A DNA stretch of 64,000 nt from Trichosphaerium sp. ATCC 40318 (taxonomy: Eukaryota > Protista > Tubulinea): contig JALMLS010000231.1 in the NCBI GenBank assembly GCA_038496445.1, positions 154,393 to 218,392 on the forward strand, in the 5' to 3' direction. Positions 52,816 to 64,000 of the stretch are shown piece by piece. A program made the translations under genes and the position numbers. The number at the start of each line of letters is the position of its first letter. Position 1 is the stretch's first letter. The notes below the pieces were generated by a model. The model did not search any database, was not told the origin of the DNA, and saw only the letters and a list, made by a program, of their open reading frames with translations.

Positions 52816-53538
52816 ACTAATGTTTTTTGGTCAATAAACGATGAGAACAACAAAAAGTTGAAGAAATGCTCTAACACGTGATAAAAAAGAAGAGGTAGTT
52901 AAAAAAAACAGTTTCGTATCTAATGTCACAAATAGCTTTAGCTTTTATGAACAACGTGCCTGAGACTACACTTGGCATTATAAGTTGCTAACAGAAAAAC
53001 CAAAATAGGTCGTATCAGAGTTTGTAAGGGTTTACAATTAACGAAGATTCTTACAATCGGAAAAAGTCAATGAACGCACAAGCGCTTCATTGATACCACG
53101 ATGGTTCATTGTGCGAAAGTTTGTATGACTATGCTTACTAGCGCTAAGCTAGCGCCTACCAACGCTAACAAAAGCACACTGGTAGCATCCAAACAGCAAT
53201 GCAGGTGCAATAACGTTGAAATTCCCCAAACCACCAACATTGCTGTAGCTTTGTAAACGCGCAGGGTGTCAAATGTGTATATTGTTTTGCTTTGGGTTTG
53301 AAACGGTTGGATCGCTGGACAAGTGGGTCACATTTAAAAAGTGAGATTTGCAAGACCTCTCGGAAGTGTCGATCTGTCAGACCTTAAAAAGTCTGTCTAT
53401 TGAGACAGATATTGATTGGTGACAATTAAAAAATGCAGTATACATATTCATCAGCTGATAGATGGGTAAAATGTACATGCAAAACAAATTAAAGGTTTCT
53501 TGGTATATGATGTTAAATCTTGATTTAGTGAGGTATCT

Positions 53539-54309
53539 TTATTTTGTCCTCAAGAGCACTCCACTCCCCTTCAATTGTTTAACCCCTTCTTCAGTAACAT
53601 AACTAGCAACAGCAGAAATATAGCATGCCCCATTCAGTGCTATTATGCCTTCATCAGTTACTTTCGTGAAGTCGATGTTAATAGTATGAACTCCAGCAAG
53701 TGCTTTGACTCCTTCATCAGTTACTAAAGTGCATCTGAGGTTAATAGTATGAACACCAGCAAGTGCTTTGACACCTTCATCTGTTACTGAGGTTCCTTCA
53801 AGGTTAATAGTATGTACTCCAGCAAGTGCTTTAATACCTTTATCTGTTACTTTAGTGTAACTGAGGCCAATAGTATGAACACCAACAAGTGATTTGACAC
53901 CTTCATCTGTTACTGAGGTTCCTTCAACGTCAATAGTATGTACTCCGGCAAGTGTTTTAATACCTTTATCAGTTACTGAAGTGTACTTGAGGTCAATAGT
54001 ATGCACTCCAGCAAATTGCTTGATAATGTTGTCATTAGCATCACAATATACACTAGCAATGATTTTTGTGTGTTTCAGAATACCGGGATGTTGTACAGCT
54101 GATTTTGCTTGGGCTAATGTTTTTATTTTAATGGCATGATATCCAATAATATCATGAACGATGGAAGCAAGGAAATGACAGGTTTGACAAGCTGCAAACC
54201 GTGATTTGGTTGTTTGACGCAAGATATGTGCTATAATCTCTGTAGGAAGCTCTAACAAACTTGTACTGGTTGTAGTGTCGACTTTACAACGCTTTGAGGT
54301 AGATAGCAT
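53539..54309 (-). CDS. F-box-like + LRR protein, intronless
   Basis: Start set at MLSTSKRCK by homology with the 55421 gene; SLLELPTEIIAHIL; 21-aa LAGVHTIxLxxTxVTDEGxKA repeats. Confidence 0.9.
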   Translation of the reverse strand: MLSTSKRCKVDTTTSTSLLELPTEIIAHILRQTTKSRFAACQTCHFLASIVHDIIGYHAIKIKTLAQAKSAVQHPGILKHTKIIASVYCDANDNIIKQFAGVHTIDLKYTSVTDKGIKTLAGVHTIDVEGTSVTDEGVKSLVGVHTIGLSYTKVTDKGIKALAGVHTINLEGTSVTDEGVKALAGVHTINLRCTLVTDEGVKALAGVHTINIDFTKVTDEGIIALNGACYISAVASYVTEEGVKQLKGSGVLLRTK

Positions 54310-55420
54310 AGGATTGTCACGTGGTGTCTGGGTACAATAATTACCCAGCAACAATGAGCCGTACTTGACCTTAAGTGACCTTAATTTAGGTAGTACAACC
54401 AAAATCCTTTGTGTAAAAAAAGTTTGGGTGAAGGCAGTGCCTTCTAAATTGTTTGCTAGGTTTGATCGTGATATAAATATAAAAGGTAAAGTTGTTTTCT
54501 TGGATGAACCTAAGCTGGTCTGGGTGCTGGAAACAGACAAGCTATGGTAAGTTATCAAAGTACTACGAATTGTAGTACAATTGAAACCACGTGTTATTTT
54601 TAGAACTTGTCTCTTCACATCAGTTTGTTACAATAACAATTCAGCATCTTTTGCTAGGCGATAAACAATATGGCCTTTAGCACATTTCTTATTATTGACT
54701 TTGTCGCCATATTTCTCATCAAAGAATCAAAGAGAAAAAGATATCATTCTCATGTTCTATTAATCTATGACCAGTGTACAACTCATACTCTTTTATTGAA
54801 ACTTAGGTATGAACATATATCCGTTGTAGTTCTGTAGCTGCAAGAAGATTTTCTTGTAGCCGAGGTAATACTTATCATAAAACTTGTCGGTTATGAATAA
54901 ATTGCAAGTAAGCAAGTGAGTGTGAAGCAGCATCAACGCAAGCACAGCGCATCAGTGAGTTTGACGGGAAAATACGGTTACCAAAATTGTGTTGTTAGAG
55001 TTCTCAGAACTGTCAAGTCTTGTAAGGTCTGAAAGAAGTTGTAAGTTTTTGCCAGAATAGAACCGGTTAGAGTTCTAACACTCTCAGTTGACTTTCTTCT
55101 ATCAACTAACAAAGGAACACTAACTAAGACGATTGGGAGGAAGACAAAATGTCTTGTGGCTCTAGCGCAGCGCCAAGCATTTGTTATATTATACAAGAAC
55201 ACTTGGAAAATAGAAAGGTTTTACAGTTGTTTAAAACAAATTGAAAAGGAAATTTTTGGGTGATTGCTGCTCGCCATGTTGTTTAAGCTTTGTCGGTTGT
55301 TGTTGTTGATTTATACGGAATCAACTCAAGTTTACCCAAACGTCTGTAACGGAGTAAAACACGTGTACAGCCAAGAAATCCGTGGACCGTTCCCTTAACA
55401 CGGTATCATACAGTATTAAT

Positions 55421-56389
55421 ATGCAATCCACATCAAAGCGTTGTAAAATCGACACTACAACCAGTACAAGTTTGTTAGAGCTTCCTACAGAGATTATAGC
55501 ACATATCTTGCGTCAAACAACCAAATCACGGTTTGCAGCTTGTCAAACCTGTCATTTCATTGCTTCCATCGTTCATGACATTATTGGATACCACGCTATA
55601 ACAATTAAAACATTAGCTCAAGCAAAATCAGCTGTACAACATCCCGGTATTCTGAAACACACAAAAATCAGCATCGACAAACATGGTTCTAATGATGATT
55701 TTATCAAACAATTTGCGGGAGTACAGACTATTTACATTTATAACTCTTCAGTTACTGACAAAGGTATTAAAGCACTAAAAGGAGTTCATGAGATATGCCT
55801 CTATGAGTGTGAGTATATAACAGACGAAGGTGTCAAAGCACTCAAAGGTGTTTATGATGTAGTCCTAAATCGATGCAATAATATAACAGATGAAGGCATC
55901 AAGGCACTTGCTGGAGTTCATACTATAGACATAAACTCCACTACAGTTACCGATGAAGGTATTAAAGCACTAAAAGGAGTTCATGAGATATGCCTCTATG
56001 AGTGTGAGTATATAACAGACGAAGGCATTAAAACACTTGCTGGAGTTCATACTATTAACCTTAATAACACTCCAGTAACTGATGAAGGTATTAAAGCACT
56101 TGCTGGAGTTCATACTATTAATCTGAGGGGCACTTTAGTAACTGATGAAGGCATCAAAGTACTTGCAGGAGTTCATACTATTAACCTCAGTTACACTTTA
56201 GTAACTGATGAAGGCATTAAAGCACTTGCTGGAGTACATACTATTAATCTGAGTGACACTTTAGTAACTGATGAAGGCATCAAAGTACTTGCAGGTGTTC
56301 ATAAAATTTACGTTTTTAATACTAAAGTAACAGAGCAAGGAGTCAAAGCATTGAAAGGTACTGATTTTGTAGCATTAAGTACTAACTAA
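55421..56389 (+). CDS. F-box-like + LRR protein, intronless
   Basis: MQSTSKRCK...SLLELPTEIIAHIL; about ten 21-22-aa LRR units. Confidence 0.9.
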   Translation: MQSTSKRCKIDTTTSTSLLELPTEIIAHILRQTTKSRFAACQTCHFIASIVHDIIGYHAITIKTLAQAKSAVQHPGILKHTKISIDKHGSNDDFIKQFAGVQTIYIYNSSVTDKGIKALKGVHEICLYECEYITDEGVKALKGVYDVVLNRCNNITDEGIKALAGVHTIDINSTTVTDEGIKALKGVHEICLYECEYITDEGIKTLAGVHTINLNNTPVTDEGIKALAGVHTINLRGTLVTDEGIKVLAGVHTINLSYTLVTDEGIKALAGVHTINLSDTLVTDEGIKVLAGVHKIYVFNTKVTEQGVKALKGTDFVALSTN

Positions 56390-56604
56390 ATATGTAGCTA
56401 TTTGAATCCTTTTTGCAATTACTTCCAAGTTCGTTAAATATTACTTACCACTTCTGCGATACCATATCCAAGCTGGAAAAGATGTTATACTAAAGGAATA
56501 AGTTGTATCCTTTGAAAAAAAAACAAACAACACAAGCAAAGTTAGAATAATAAACAAAGAGTATTTCAGTAATTGTTACTATTAATTGATGACAGTGGGT
56601 TTGT

Positions 56605-57359
56605 CTATTCTTTAAACTTAAGTTTGCATGTATCCAGTAGTCCGCTATTTGTAACACCTCCTTTTGCATCAGCATGTATACGTAAAGCTAGGCCCTAACA
56701 CAAAATAAGCTCATTGATTGTTGCTACTATCTGCTTTTTCTAGTATAACGTACTGGCAGTTGTGCACGAAAATGCTGTTTGGAGCAGTTGTAGCATATTC
56801 TCGCTTTTACCTTTGAAGTCATAGGACACCTATAAGTATGCTTGTAAGAAAATAAATAATTTGAGCACGTGTTACGCCACTATACTTACCAAAATAGGAA
56901 GATAATTTTAGTTCTTTCACCCAAACCAACATCGAAAGAGTAAGAAAATACACAAAACCTCGGTTCGTCTTCAGGTAGATTGCTCATCATTGTCTCCCAA
57001 TTATCTCCTGATGTACCCTTTGTGTCTATTGCTACCCGTTTGAACTTATCGACAAGTTTGTAAACAATGTAAGATGATCCTTTGCCATCTTTAAAACTAA
57101 AAAAAGTGTTAGAGCAGAAAATGACTTAGCATCATTAAACGAAAAAGTTCTATGACGGAACGGTCCCTGTCAAATAGTTAGTCAATCCTGACTAACTAGA
57201 TATTAGGGAATCCATTTTTCTAGAGTTTGTGTACAAAGACATAATAGCGTCCTAGAAAATGTGCAAAAGCAGTTTTTGGATTGTTTTTTTTTAAACATAC
57301 GCTTCGTATTCTTCTAAACAGTCTGGGTCAATGTCTGCTTTTATCTTTGCGCCTGCCAT
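56605..57359 (-). CDS. ADF/cofilin family protein
   Basis: MAGAKIKADIDPDCLEEYEAFK...YIVYKL...LPEDEPRFCVFSY...KIIFLFWCPMTSKVKARICY. Confidence 0.88.
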
Positions 57360-57973
57360 GTTGTTGTATGTTGTTGTGTTTAGATATTATGAATTCAAAA
57401 AAAGGCCTAAAGGAAGTACGTAAGGAGTCCTGTCAACTAATTTACAAAAAAAAATCTCATTTTCGTTGAATTCATTTGACACAGCGAAAATGAACGAAAG
57501 CGTTTATTTAAGCTCTAAAAAGGTTGTTTAATTCGTTTATTAATGATACGAGCAATAAAGCGGGTTTTTAAGCTTTTTTTATAAGAATATCGCTGAAAAC
57601 TGTTTGTGAACCCTTTTATACGCGTAAACACGCGAAACAGTGATGTAATTACAAAAATAGGTTTTAAAATTGGTAGTGTACTTGTAAGGCTCGGCTACTC
57701 TTTCAAAATACTCACGTTGCGTTGTTTACACCTCGCACTGTATTCGAACAATACTTGCTAAGCCTCATCACATTGACTTAACTTACTGCAACTTTGGCTA
57801 AACAGCTTTGGATCGTTTTGAGACTTCTATCTTAACCTCCATGGTTAAAAGGTATTCAGCAAACCACTAATGAGAGTCGCTGTAAATGAAGTGTTTGCTT
57901 GTTTTCTAGTGAGTGTTCGTAAAGTAAATAAATCACGTGATTTTTGGGAACGATATGCAATGCTTTATTACCT

Positions 57974-59318
57974 CTACATATTGTATTCCAAAAAGATATT
58001 TGGCTCTATTAGGTCGTAAACAGCCATCACGCTATATTCTGTATTCGTCGCATCTCCACAGTTTATTGCAAATACTTCAACACCCTGCTCTTTCAGTGGT
58101 AAAATACTTCCATTTGTTGCATTCATTCCAACAAGATGTAGTGTATTTACTTCAACAAGCGTCTCGATGCCTTTATCTGTAACTGAAAGTAACATACAAA
58201 GAATAAGTGTATGAACTTTACAAAGATGCTTGACGCCTTCATCTGTTACTCCATCACAGTGCGATAAACTTAAATAGTGGACTCCAGCAAGTGCTTTTAC
58301 ACCTTCATTTGTTAGTGCTGAGCTTCCGGATATACACATTGTATGGACACCAGAAAGAGCTGATACTGCAATATCAGATACATTTTTACCACAAAACGTA
58401 ATTGTATGTACACCTGCAAGTGCCACTATACCTTCATCAGTAATGTTTGTTAACGAACCACGCAACAATATAGTATGAACACCAGATAGAGTTTTAAGAC
58501 CTTTATCTGAAACAGCACAATCCCTAACATCAATTCTCTTTACTCCTTTGATAGCTTGCAAGCCGACATCAGTAATTTGAGTACCTTGAAGAAGAATTGT
58601 ACTTACGCCTTTGAGCCATTTTATACCTTCATCAGAACCTGTACTCAACGCTATACTATGAACACCAGCAAGCGCTTTAATGCCCTCATCTGTTACGTTT
58701 TTACAGCGACGTAAGTTTATTGTGTGTACTCCACCCACCAGCTTAACACTTTCATCTGTGATATGTATACAACCACTTAAATCAATCGTATGAACACCAG
58801 CTAAAGCTGATACACCAACATCTGAAATACTGTTGCAGTCACAAAGATTGATTTTATGAACACCAGAAAGTGCGCATAGTGAATCATCAGTTACTGTGAC
58901 TTTACTATCCGATAGATCAATAGATTTGACACCAGCAAGAACTGTTAAATCAGTGCTCTTTAGAGTGCAAGAAGGATCTTTTATAACTAATCGTTTGACT
59001 CCCTTCAAAAGAGTAAGCAATGTGCCAGTAGCATTTATTGCTGTAACCAACGAGTTACACAATACTCCTCTGTACGATGAAACTCTCTTATAACTCTCTT
59101 GGGTGGTCAAAATAACGGAAGAATATCCAGTGATATCGTGTATAACTGCAGCAAGCGCACAGCATGTCTGGGCTACACTAAACCGAGATTTATCTAAAAA
59201 CAACACCATGTTTGCTATTGTTTCGACTGGGAGTGCTAACAGCGACCTACAGAGTTGTTTAGTGATTTACTGTTTTCAAAGCACAGTACGCTGTTTCGTT
59301 TGATTCGCTTCCAGACAT
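57974..59318 (-). CDS. F-box-like + LRR protein
   Basis: ATG 59318, 43-nt phase-2 intron 59247-59289, SLLALPVETIANMV...AQTC; about 13 LxGVHTIxL repeats. Confidence 0.88.
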
Positions 59319-59627
59319 GCGCAGTTGTTGTTTGTTTGAACAAGGCCAGTTAAAATAAAGTCATTTCATTTCAATGATCATGCAGGTAACAACTTCAGGT
59401 GAAATCTATTTGGAAGTTCCAGCTACAATGAGTGTTGCTTTAACCGCTATTGCGAGAGATAGGTGTTCGTAAATGCAAGTGTCTTCGACTATTTATACGT
59501 TTGCATTTAAATTTCCTACGACTACACTAGTGTCACTACAAAGGTTTGACAGCGGTATGGTTTTTTTTCTCTGAATTTTATTTGTACAAACAACGTTTTA
59601 CAACACGTTTCGCAGATCCGTAAAAAC

Positions 59628-60520
59628 TTACATGAAATCATCATCACGTTTCTTACCGTGGAAGCAATGCAAGTAAGTCTAGAAACAACATAAGTCGGCT
59701 TTTCAAAAAACGGTGAAAACTTTCAAAAAAAAGCGTACTAGAATAGTCCCGTAAACGATCAAACCGCCTGCCAGACCGAGGAATAGAGCTGTTGTTTTAA
59801 TCTATAAGGTTGTAAACGACTTACATTCGGGTGAAAACAAATAATTCTATAAAGGGTTATAACGCCGATTTTCTAACGTACGATGGTCAAATGCGCGAGT
59901 ACACTTGGTAGAGCTACAGAAAAATGAGTTTAAAGGTGCGTCAGTTAAAGTTGAGTTTTGATTTCTCGCATGTTAATCGAAGTAAAAACGTGGTGAAATG
60001 CGCTGTCAATTCAAATGGCATGTATTTGAGGGCGTACCGAGACCGCTAACGACAAAAATGCCTGTCAAGAAGAATCCGGCGTCTTTAAATGCTCTATGCG
60101 TCGTAATGAGCGTGGGAAGTAATATTATGATTGTACCTTGCTTTATTATCTTCGTAGCCTCGACCACACTAAAAAACGTTGGTGATTACGTCGGAACATC
60201 TAAACTATTACGTACAGCAGCGCAGAGTAGGTTAGGAAGAGGTGCGAACAGGTACGCGACAACTACATAAATTTAACGATGAAAACGTTGAATGAAAGTC
60301 GTGGGTACCAACGAGAATAGGAAACCAGTTCTTGAAAAGGACACAGGCCATAATATTACATAGAACACCAATAGCTAGAACAAAAGATAGTCCTGCGATG
60401 CTATAATGTATTCTATTAGTACAATCATAACGTTACAAGCTGCGTACACTACATAGTTGGTTAGATAATAATTAAAAATTGACTTTACTTACTGAGAGCT
60501 TCACGAGAGATCTTTGCCAT
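59628..60520 (-). CDS. VPS55: Vps55/LEPROT family endosomal membrane protein
   Basis: GLSFVLAIGVLCNIMACVLFKNWFPILV...YLFAPLPNLLC...DAGFFLTGIFVVSG...LPSVLAH...GGLIVYGTIL. Confidence 0.9.
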
Positions 60521-60667
60521 GTTGTGATGAGCGTTATTATTTTGAAATCGTGAAATTTGGGAGCCGTTCAACGCGTGTCTTGTCGGACAAAAAAATCATA
60601 CCCTAAATGCCTCAACGGTGACGTTTGACACTTGAATTTCTCGTTGTGTAGCACTGTATACGGTAAA

Positions 60668-62394
60668 ATGAAACGCAAAAGGGGTAATCAAGATAACGGT
60701 ACTCCAAAGAATGTAGAAGGCGCTAGAAGACCAAAGAGTGCGTAGAGTTAAATAATCGCGCTTCTAAACTCGCATTTTAGAAGTAAAAGGTTTAAAAGAT
60801 TTCAGCACCCGATTGCACAACCTACTACGCGAAGAAATAAGGGATTTTGAAGCGATTGTAAGTAGAGAAACTAAACAGCTTGAAACAGAAAAAAAAGAGC
60901 TACAAGACGCAAAAGAGGTATACGCGGGTGCACTGTAAGGTCGTTTAACAGTTTGTAGTCTTTTGAAAAGGAACTACAATGGGTAGCCAACTCTGGAACG
61001 TATGACCCTGATGAACTTGTTGTCCTAAACGTTGGTGGTACGTTGATCAGTTTTTTTGGTTTGATAGTACCTTACACTTTAGAAGGAAAAACATTCGAGA
61101 CGCGTTTGAGCACATTTAGATCTGTGTGGGCTCAAGGTAAGCGCTTGCAATTTTTGTAGACGCTAGTTATATTTTTTTTTCCACTGTTTTACACGTAAGT
61201 AGGCTCAATGCTTGAGGCTATGTTCAGCGGAAGACATAAAATACAGAAAAATCCGAGAGGACAAGTACGATCGTTTTTACGGCTTATTGTAGTTTTTTAT
61301 TTTTAGTTTTGCTTACAAACACGTAAGGTATTCATTGATAGAGACGGAGGTTATTTTGCTTATATTTTAAATTATTTAAGAACAGGGAACATGTATTGGC
61401 CAGAATCAGCCTCTAAGCGTGTTGCACTTGTTACAGAACTTGATTACTACCAGATTCAGGATGTATCATACAAACGTGATGAACTTAGGTACAGCTTTTT
61501 ACCTAATAACTTTGCCACGTACTTGGCAAAACTTCCATTTTTAGCAAAAGTCTAAAAAGCGTGGAATTCCACCTTAGAAGTCACGAATTTTTTTTCGATT
61601 TTATTTTTCCTGTACTTAGTTTATACGTGGTTGGTTATTCTCTTATTAATTGTTCGTCTGTTTAGGTGGGTATCTCATACAGATATGACTACTTTTTTAG
61701 AAGGTAAAGTTGCCTTGTGTTCACCAGAAGTTGGAACTGAGGGTATGATTCTTCATGCTAATAAATGCTTCACTACTGGTCGTCATGAATGGTTTGTTCA
61801 ATTATTAATGGTTAAAGATGATTCTTACGAGCCTGCTATTGGTATTATGAAGAAACATGCTGAATTAACTAATTTCAGTTGGGGTGACTTCGAAATGAAT
61901 GGTTAGTTTTTTTTTTCTCTTGAAAACCAGTTTTGCTACATCCTGCTATACAAAGACAAGCGAATAATCTTGCACTTTATTATTCTCTTGTTCTGTACGC
62001 GCTTATTTTTTTTCAAAAACGTGGTGATCAGTACTCAAAAGAGAAAGTATTTTCTACTTTTAGTTTTTCTTTTTGTCGGTTTTTTAGCAACTTGTTAATA
62101 TTTTCTATAGCCATTGGTATAGCAAGTGATATCTATGATGAAGCGAACGATTATAAACCAGGTAGACATGAGAATGATTTGCTTGTATCAAGAGACTTTG
62201 TTGTTGGAGATATTGTGCGTATTACAGTTGATCTAGATAGGCGTACTTTAGATTTTGCTTGTAATGGATTAAGAACATTAAAAGCACCATTGAAGCTTGG
62301 TGATGAATTTTGTAAGCATGGTATTGTACCGGTAGCTTTTGGATGGGCTTTTGCTATTAGTTACAAGGATTCATCACGTTGTTGGCCTTCGTGA
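60668..62394 (+). CDS. KCTD-like BTB/POZ + SPRY domain protein
   Basis: VVLNVGGKTFETRLST...SMLEAMFSGRH...VFIDRDGGYFAYILNYLR; SPRY-like TTGRHEW...GDIVRITVDLDRRTLDF. Confidence 0.88.
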
Positions 62395-62750
62395 ATATGA
62401 GAAAAAAATGAGAAAAATTTGACCTCTTATTTGTGCTGAAAAAAAGTTTTTCACGCTTGTATTATTTACAGTTGTATTTTCAATATATGAATGCTTTTAT
62501 CACAATCCTGTAGTGTTATTTCATACAACGGTAGCAAAACAAGTTTGTTTGTTTCTTTTGAAGTGACAGTCCAAGTTTGACCTAATGTAGGCTAAAACGC
62601 TTTACGGATGGAGGTAGCATTCTTAGGAAATAACTGTTTGATTGTTGACTACGTCTGTGTATCTAAGTAGTTGAGTAGATCGAAAGTCAAAATAAGTTTC
62701 AGTGAAAGTTAAAAAAAAACAATCCAGTTTGCTTACAACAGCACCAAGCG

Positions 62751-63490
62751 ATGGCTGATTTCAAACTATTAGTGTTAGGGGATCACGGCGTTGGAAAAAC
62801 AACGGTCGTACTACGATTAGTACACGATCGTTTTATTGAGGACTACGACCCCACAATAGAAGATTCGTAAGCTTTTTGACAACGTTTACTTACTATTCGA
62901 CACCCGTCACGTGTTGACTGACTAATCCATCTCCAGATACCGTAAGCAAGTTATTATTGGCGGTCAAGAGGTATTGTTGAATGTTTGGGACAGACCAACC
63001 GTACATGACGAATTTTCTGAAGAACAGCTTGAGTAAGTGTAAAAGATGTTTGGTTTATGAAAATAGTTAACGGATTTTTTATGACAGCGCCCGTGTGAGA
63101 TGGAGTGAAGGATGTTTAATTGTTTATTCAGTTACAAGTCACGAGTCTTTTGCATCAGTTTCTAATTATGTTGACCGCATCAAAAGGTAAGTGCAAACTA
63201 AAAAAACAAAGCAAAGTTACTCATCAATAACTGTTTGAAGGGTCAAAGATGCTGAGAAAATTACTGGTGTATTGGTTGGTAATAAAGTTGATTTGAAGGA
63301 AGACATATCTGTAACTGCAACAGAAGGTCAACAACTTGCAAAAAGATATTGTATACCTTTCGTTGAGACATCAGCTAAGGCAAACATAAACATTGAAGAA
63401 GCTTTTCATCTGCTTGCAAAGGAGATAAGAAAACAGAAAGTATTAGATGACGGAAACACGGATTCTGTTAAAAGTTGTACAATAATGTAA
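62751..63490 (+). CDS. Ras-family small GTPase with atypical G1/G3 motifs
   Basis: GDHGVGKT, YDPTIEDSYRKQ, VGNKVDL, ETSAK, CAAX box CTIM; three introns. Confidence 0.93.
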
Positions 63491-64000
63491 GGCTAAAATA
63501 CAGGTCCGTTGAAATACCACTTACAGTCGCTATTGCTAGTCGCACACCAAATATTGCTAATAGTGCTCCTTGTATTACAAGGAAAGGGAACTCGTGGCTA
63601 GTTGTAACAACAGCGTTAAGTGGCAGCAGCGAGCCCACGCTTCATAAACAGGTCAAACAAACGTAATAACGAGTGTGTTATTACTTTATAATGTAGATGG
63701 TCATATTAGCTATCGTAGTTATTGGTTGGTTGACGGTGGACGTCTAGTTGGTTGGTCCTCTCTGTTCTAACGTCGTGAAATGTACATCATGTTCAGTAAT
63801 TAACAGAAAACAAAACTGTCGCACTGTCAACTTTGTTTACACTGCAAACAATACAAAATAGCAGTTCCTTTCCACCCAAGACTTAGTTGCTTATTGGTGG
63901 TCAGAGGACGGTCTAACATTGACTTTATTACGGCAATCGAGTAGGGTGGTTTATTATCGAGCAGTTACACAGTTTGGTTAGATTCCAGACATTGAATGGG

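Noticed and set aside
54310-54618. N-terminal extension of ORF 53539..54618
   Set aside because: Non-ATG start, and homology with the paralogue begins at ATG 54309
54620-55210. ORF-like remnants between the divergent LRR genes
   Set aside because: Interrupted by stops and no recognisable family
63500-64000. Possible minus-strand gene end at the window edge
   Set aside because: No consistent spliced frame could be built
1-64000. tRNA, rRNA, CRISPR arrays and prokaryotic operons
   Set aside because: None recognisable by eye; the sequence is spliceosomal-intron-rich eukaryotic DNA

Overview
This is AT-rich eukaryotic DNA, most likely from a free-living protist (amoebozoan-like: family-C GPCR, many 40-60 nt GT-AG introns). 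The short ORFs in the track are mostly exons. Manual splicing gives about 30 genes: a family-C GPCR, a LENG9-type 2H phosphoesterase, a giant myristoylated polyproline/acidic-repeat protein, GST, MAPEG, SDR, a methyltransferase, a PNPOx-like protein, cofilin, Vps55, BTB-SPRY, an atypical Ras and several surface proteins. Main highlights: (1) one spliced gene (41919-45233, minus strand) fuses a complete type-3 copper tyrosinase and its CxxC C-terminal domain to an MMP-type prodomain with a Cys-less switch (PRSADPD) and a matrixin catalytic domain, a candidate self-activating pro-tyrosinase; (2) a dispersed set of nine intron-poor F-box-like genes, eight with LRR or MORN arrays, showing cassette-like diversification, plus an orphan LRR unit; (3) an ankyrin/ADP-ribosyltransferase gene with one symmetric exon per ankyrin repeat; (4) a 540-bp TTAA-flanked MITE beside a broken Vps33 gene; (5) strong enrichment of CACGTG, often inside tiny introns. 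All gene models were spliced by eye, so boundaries are approximate.
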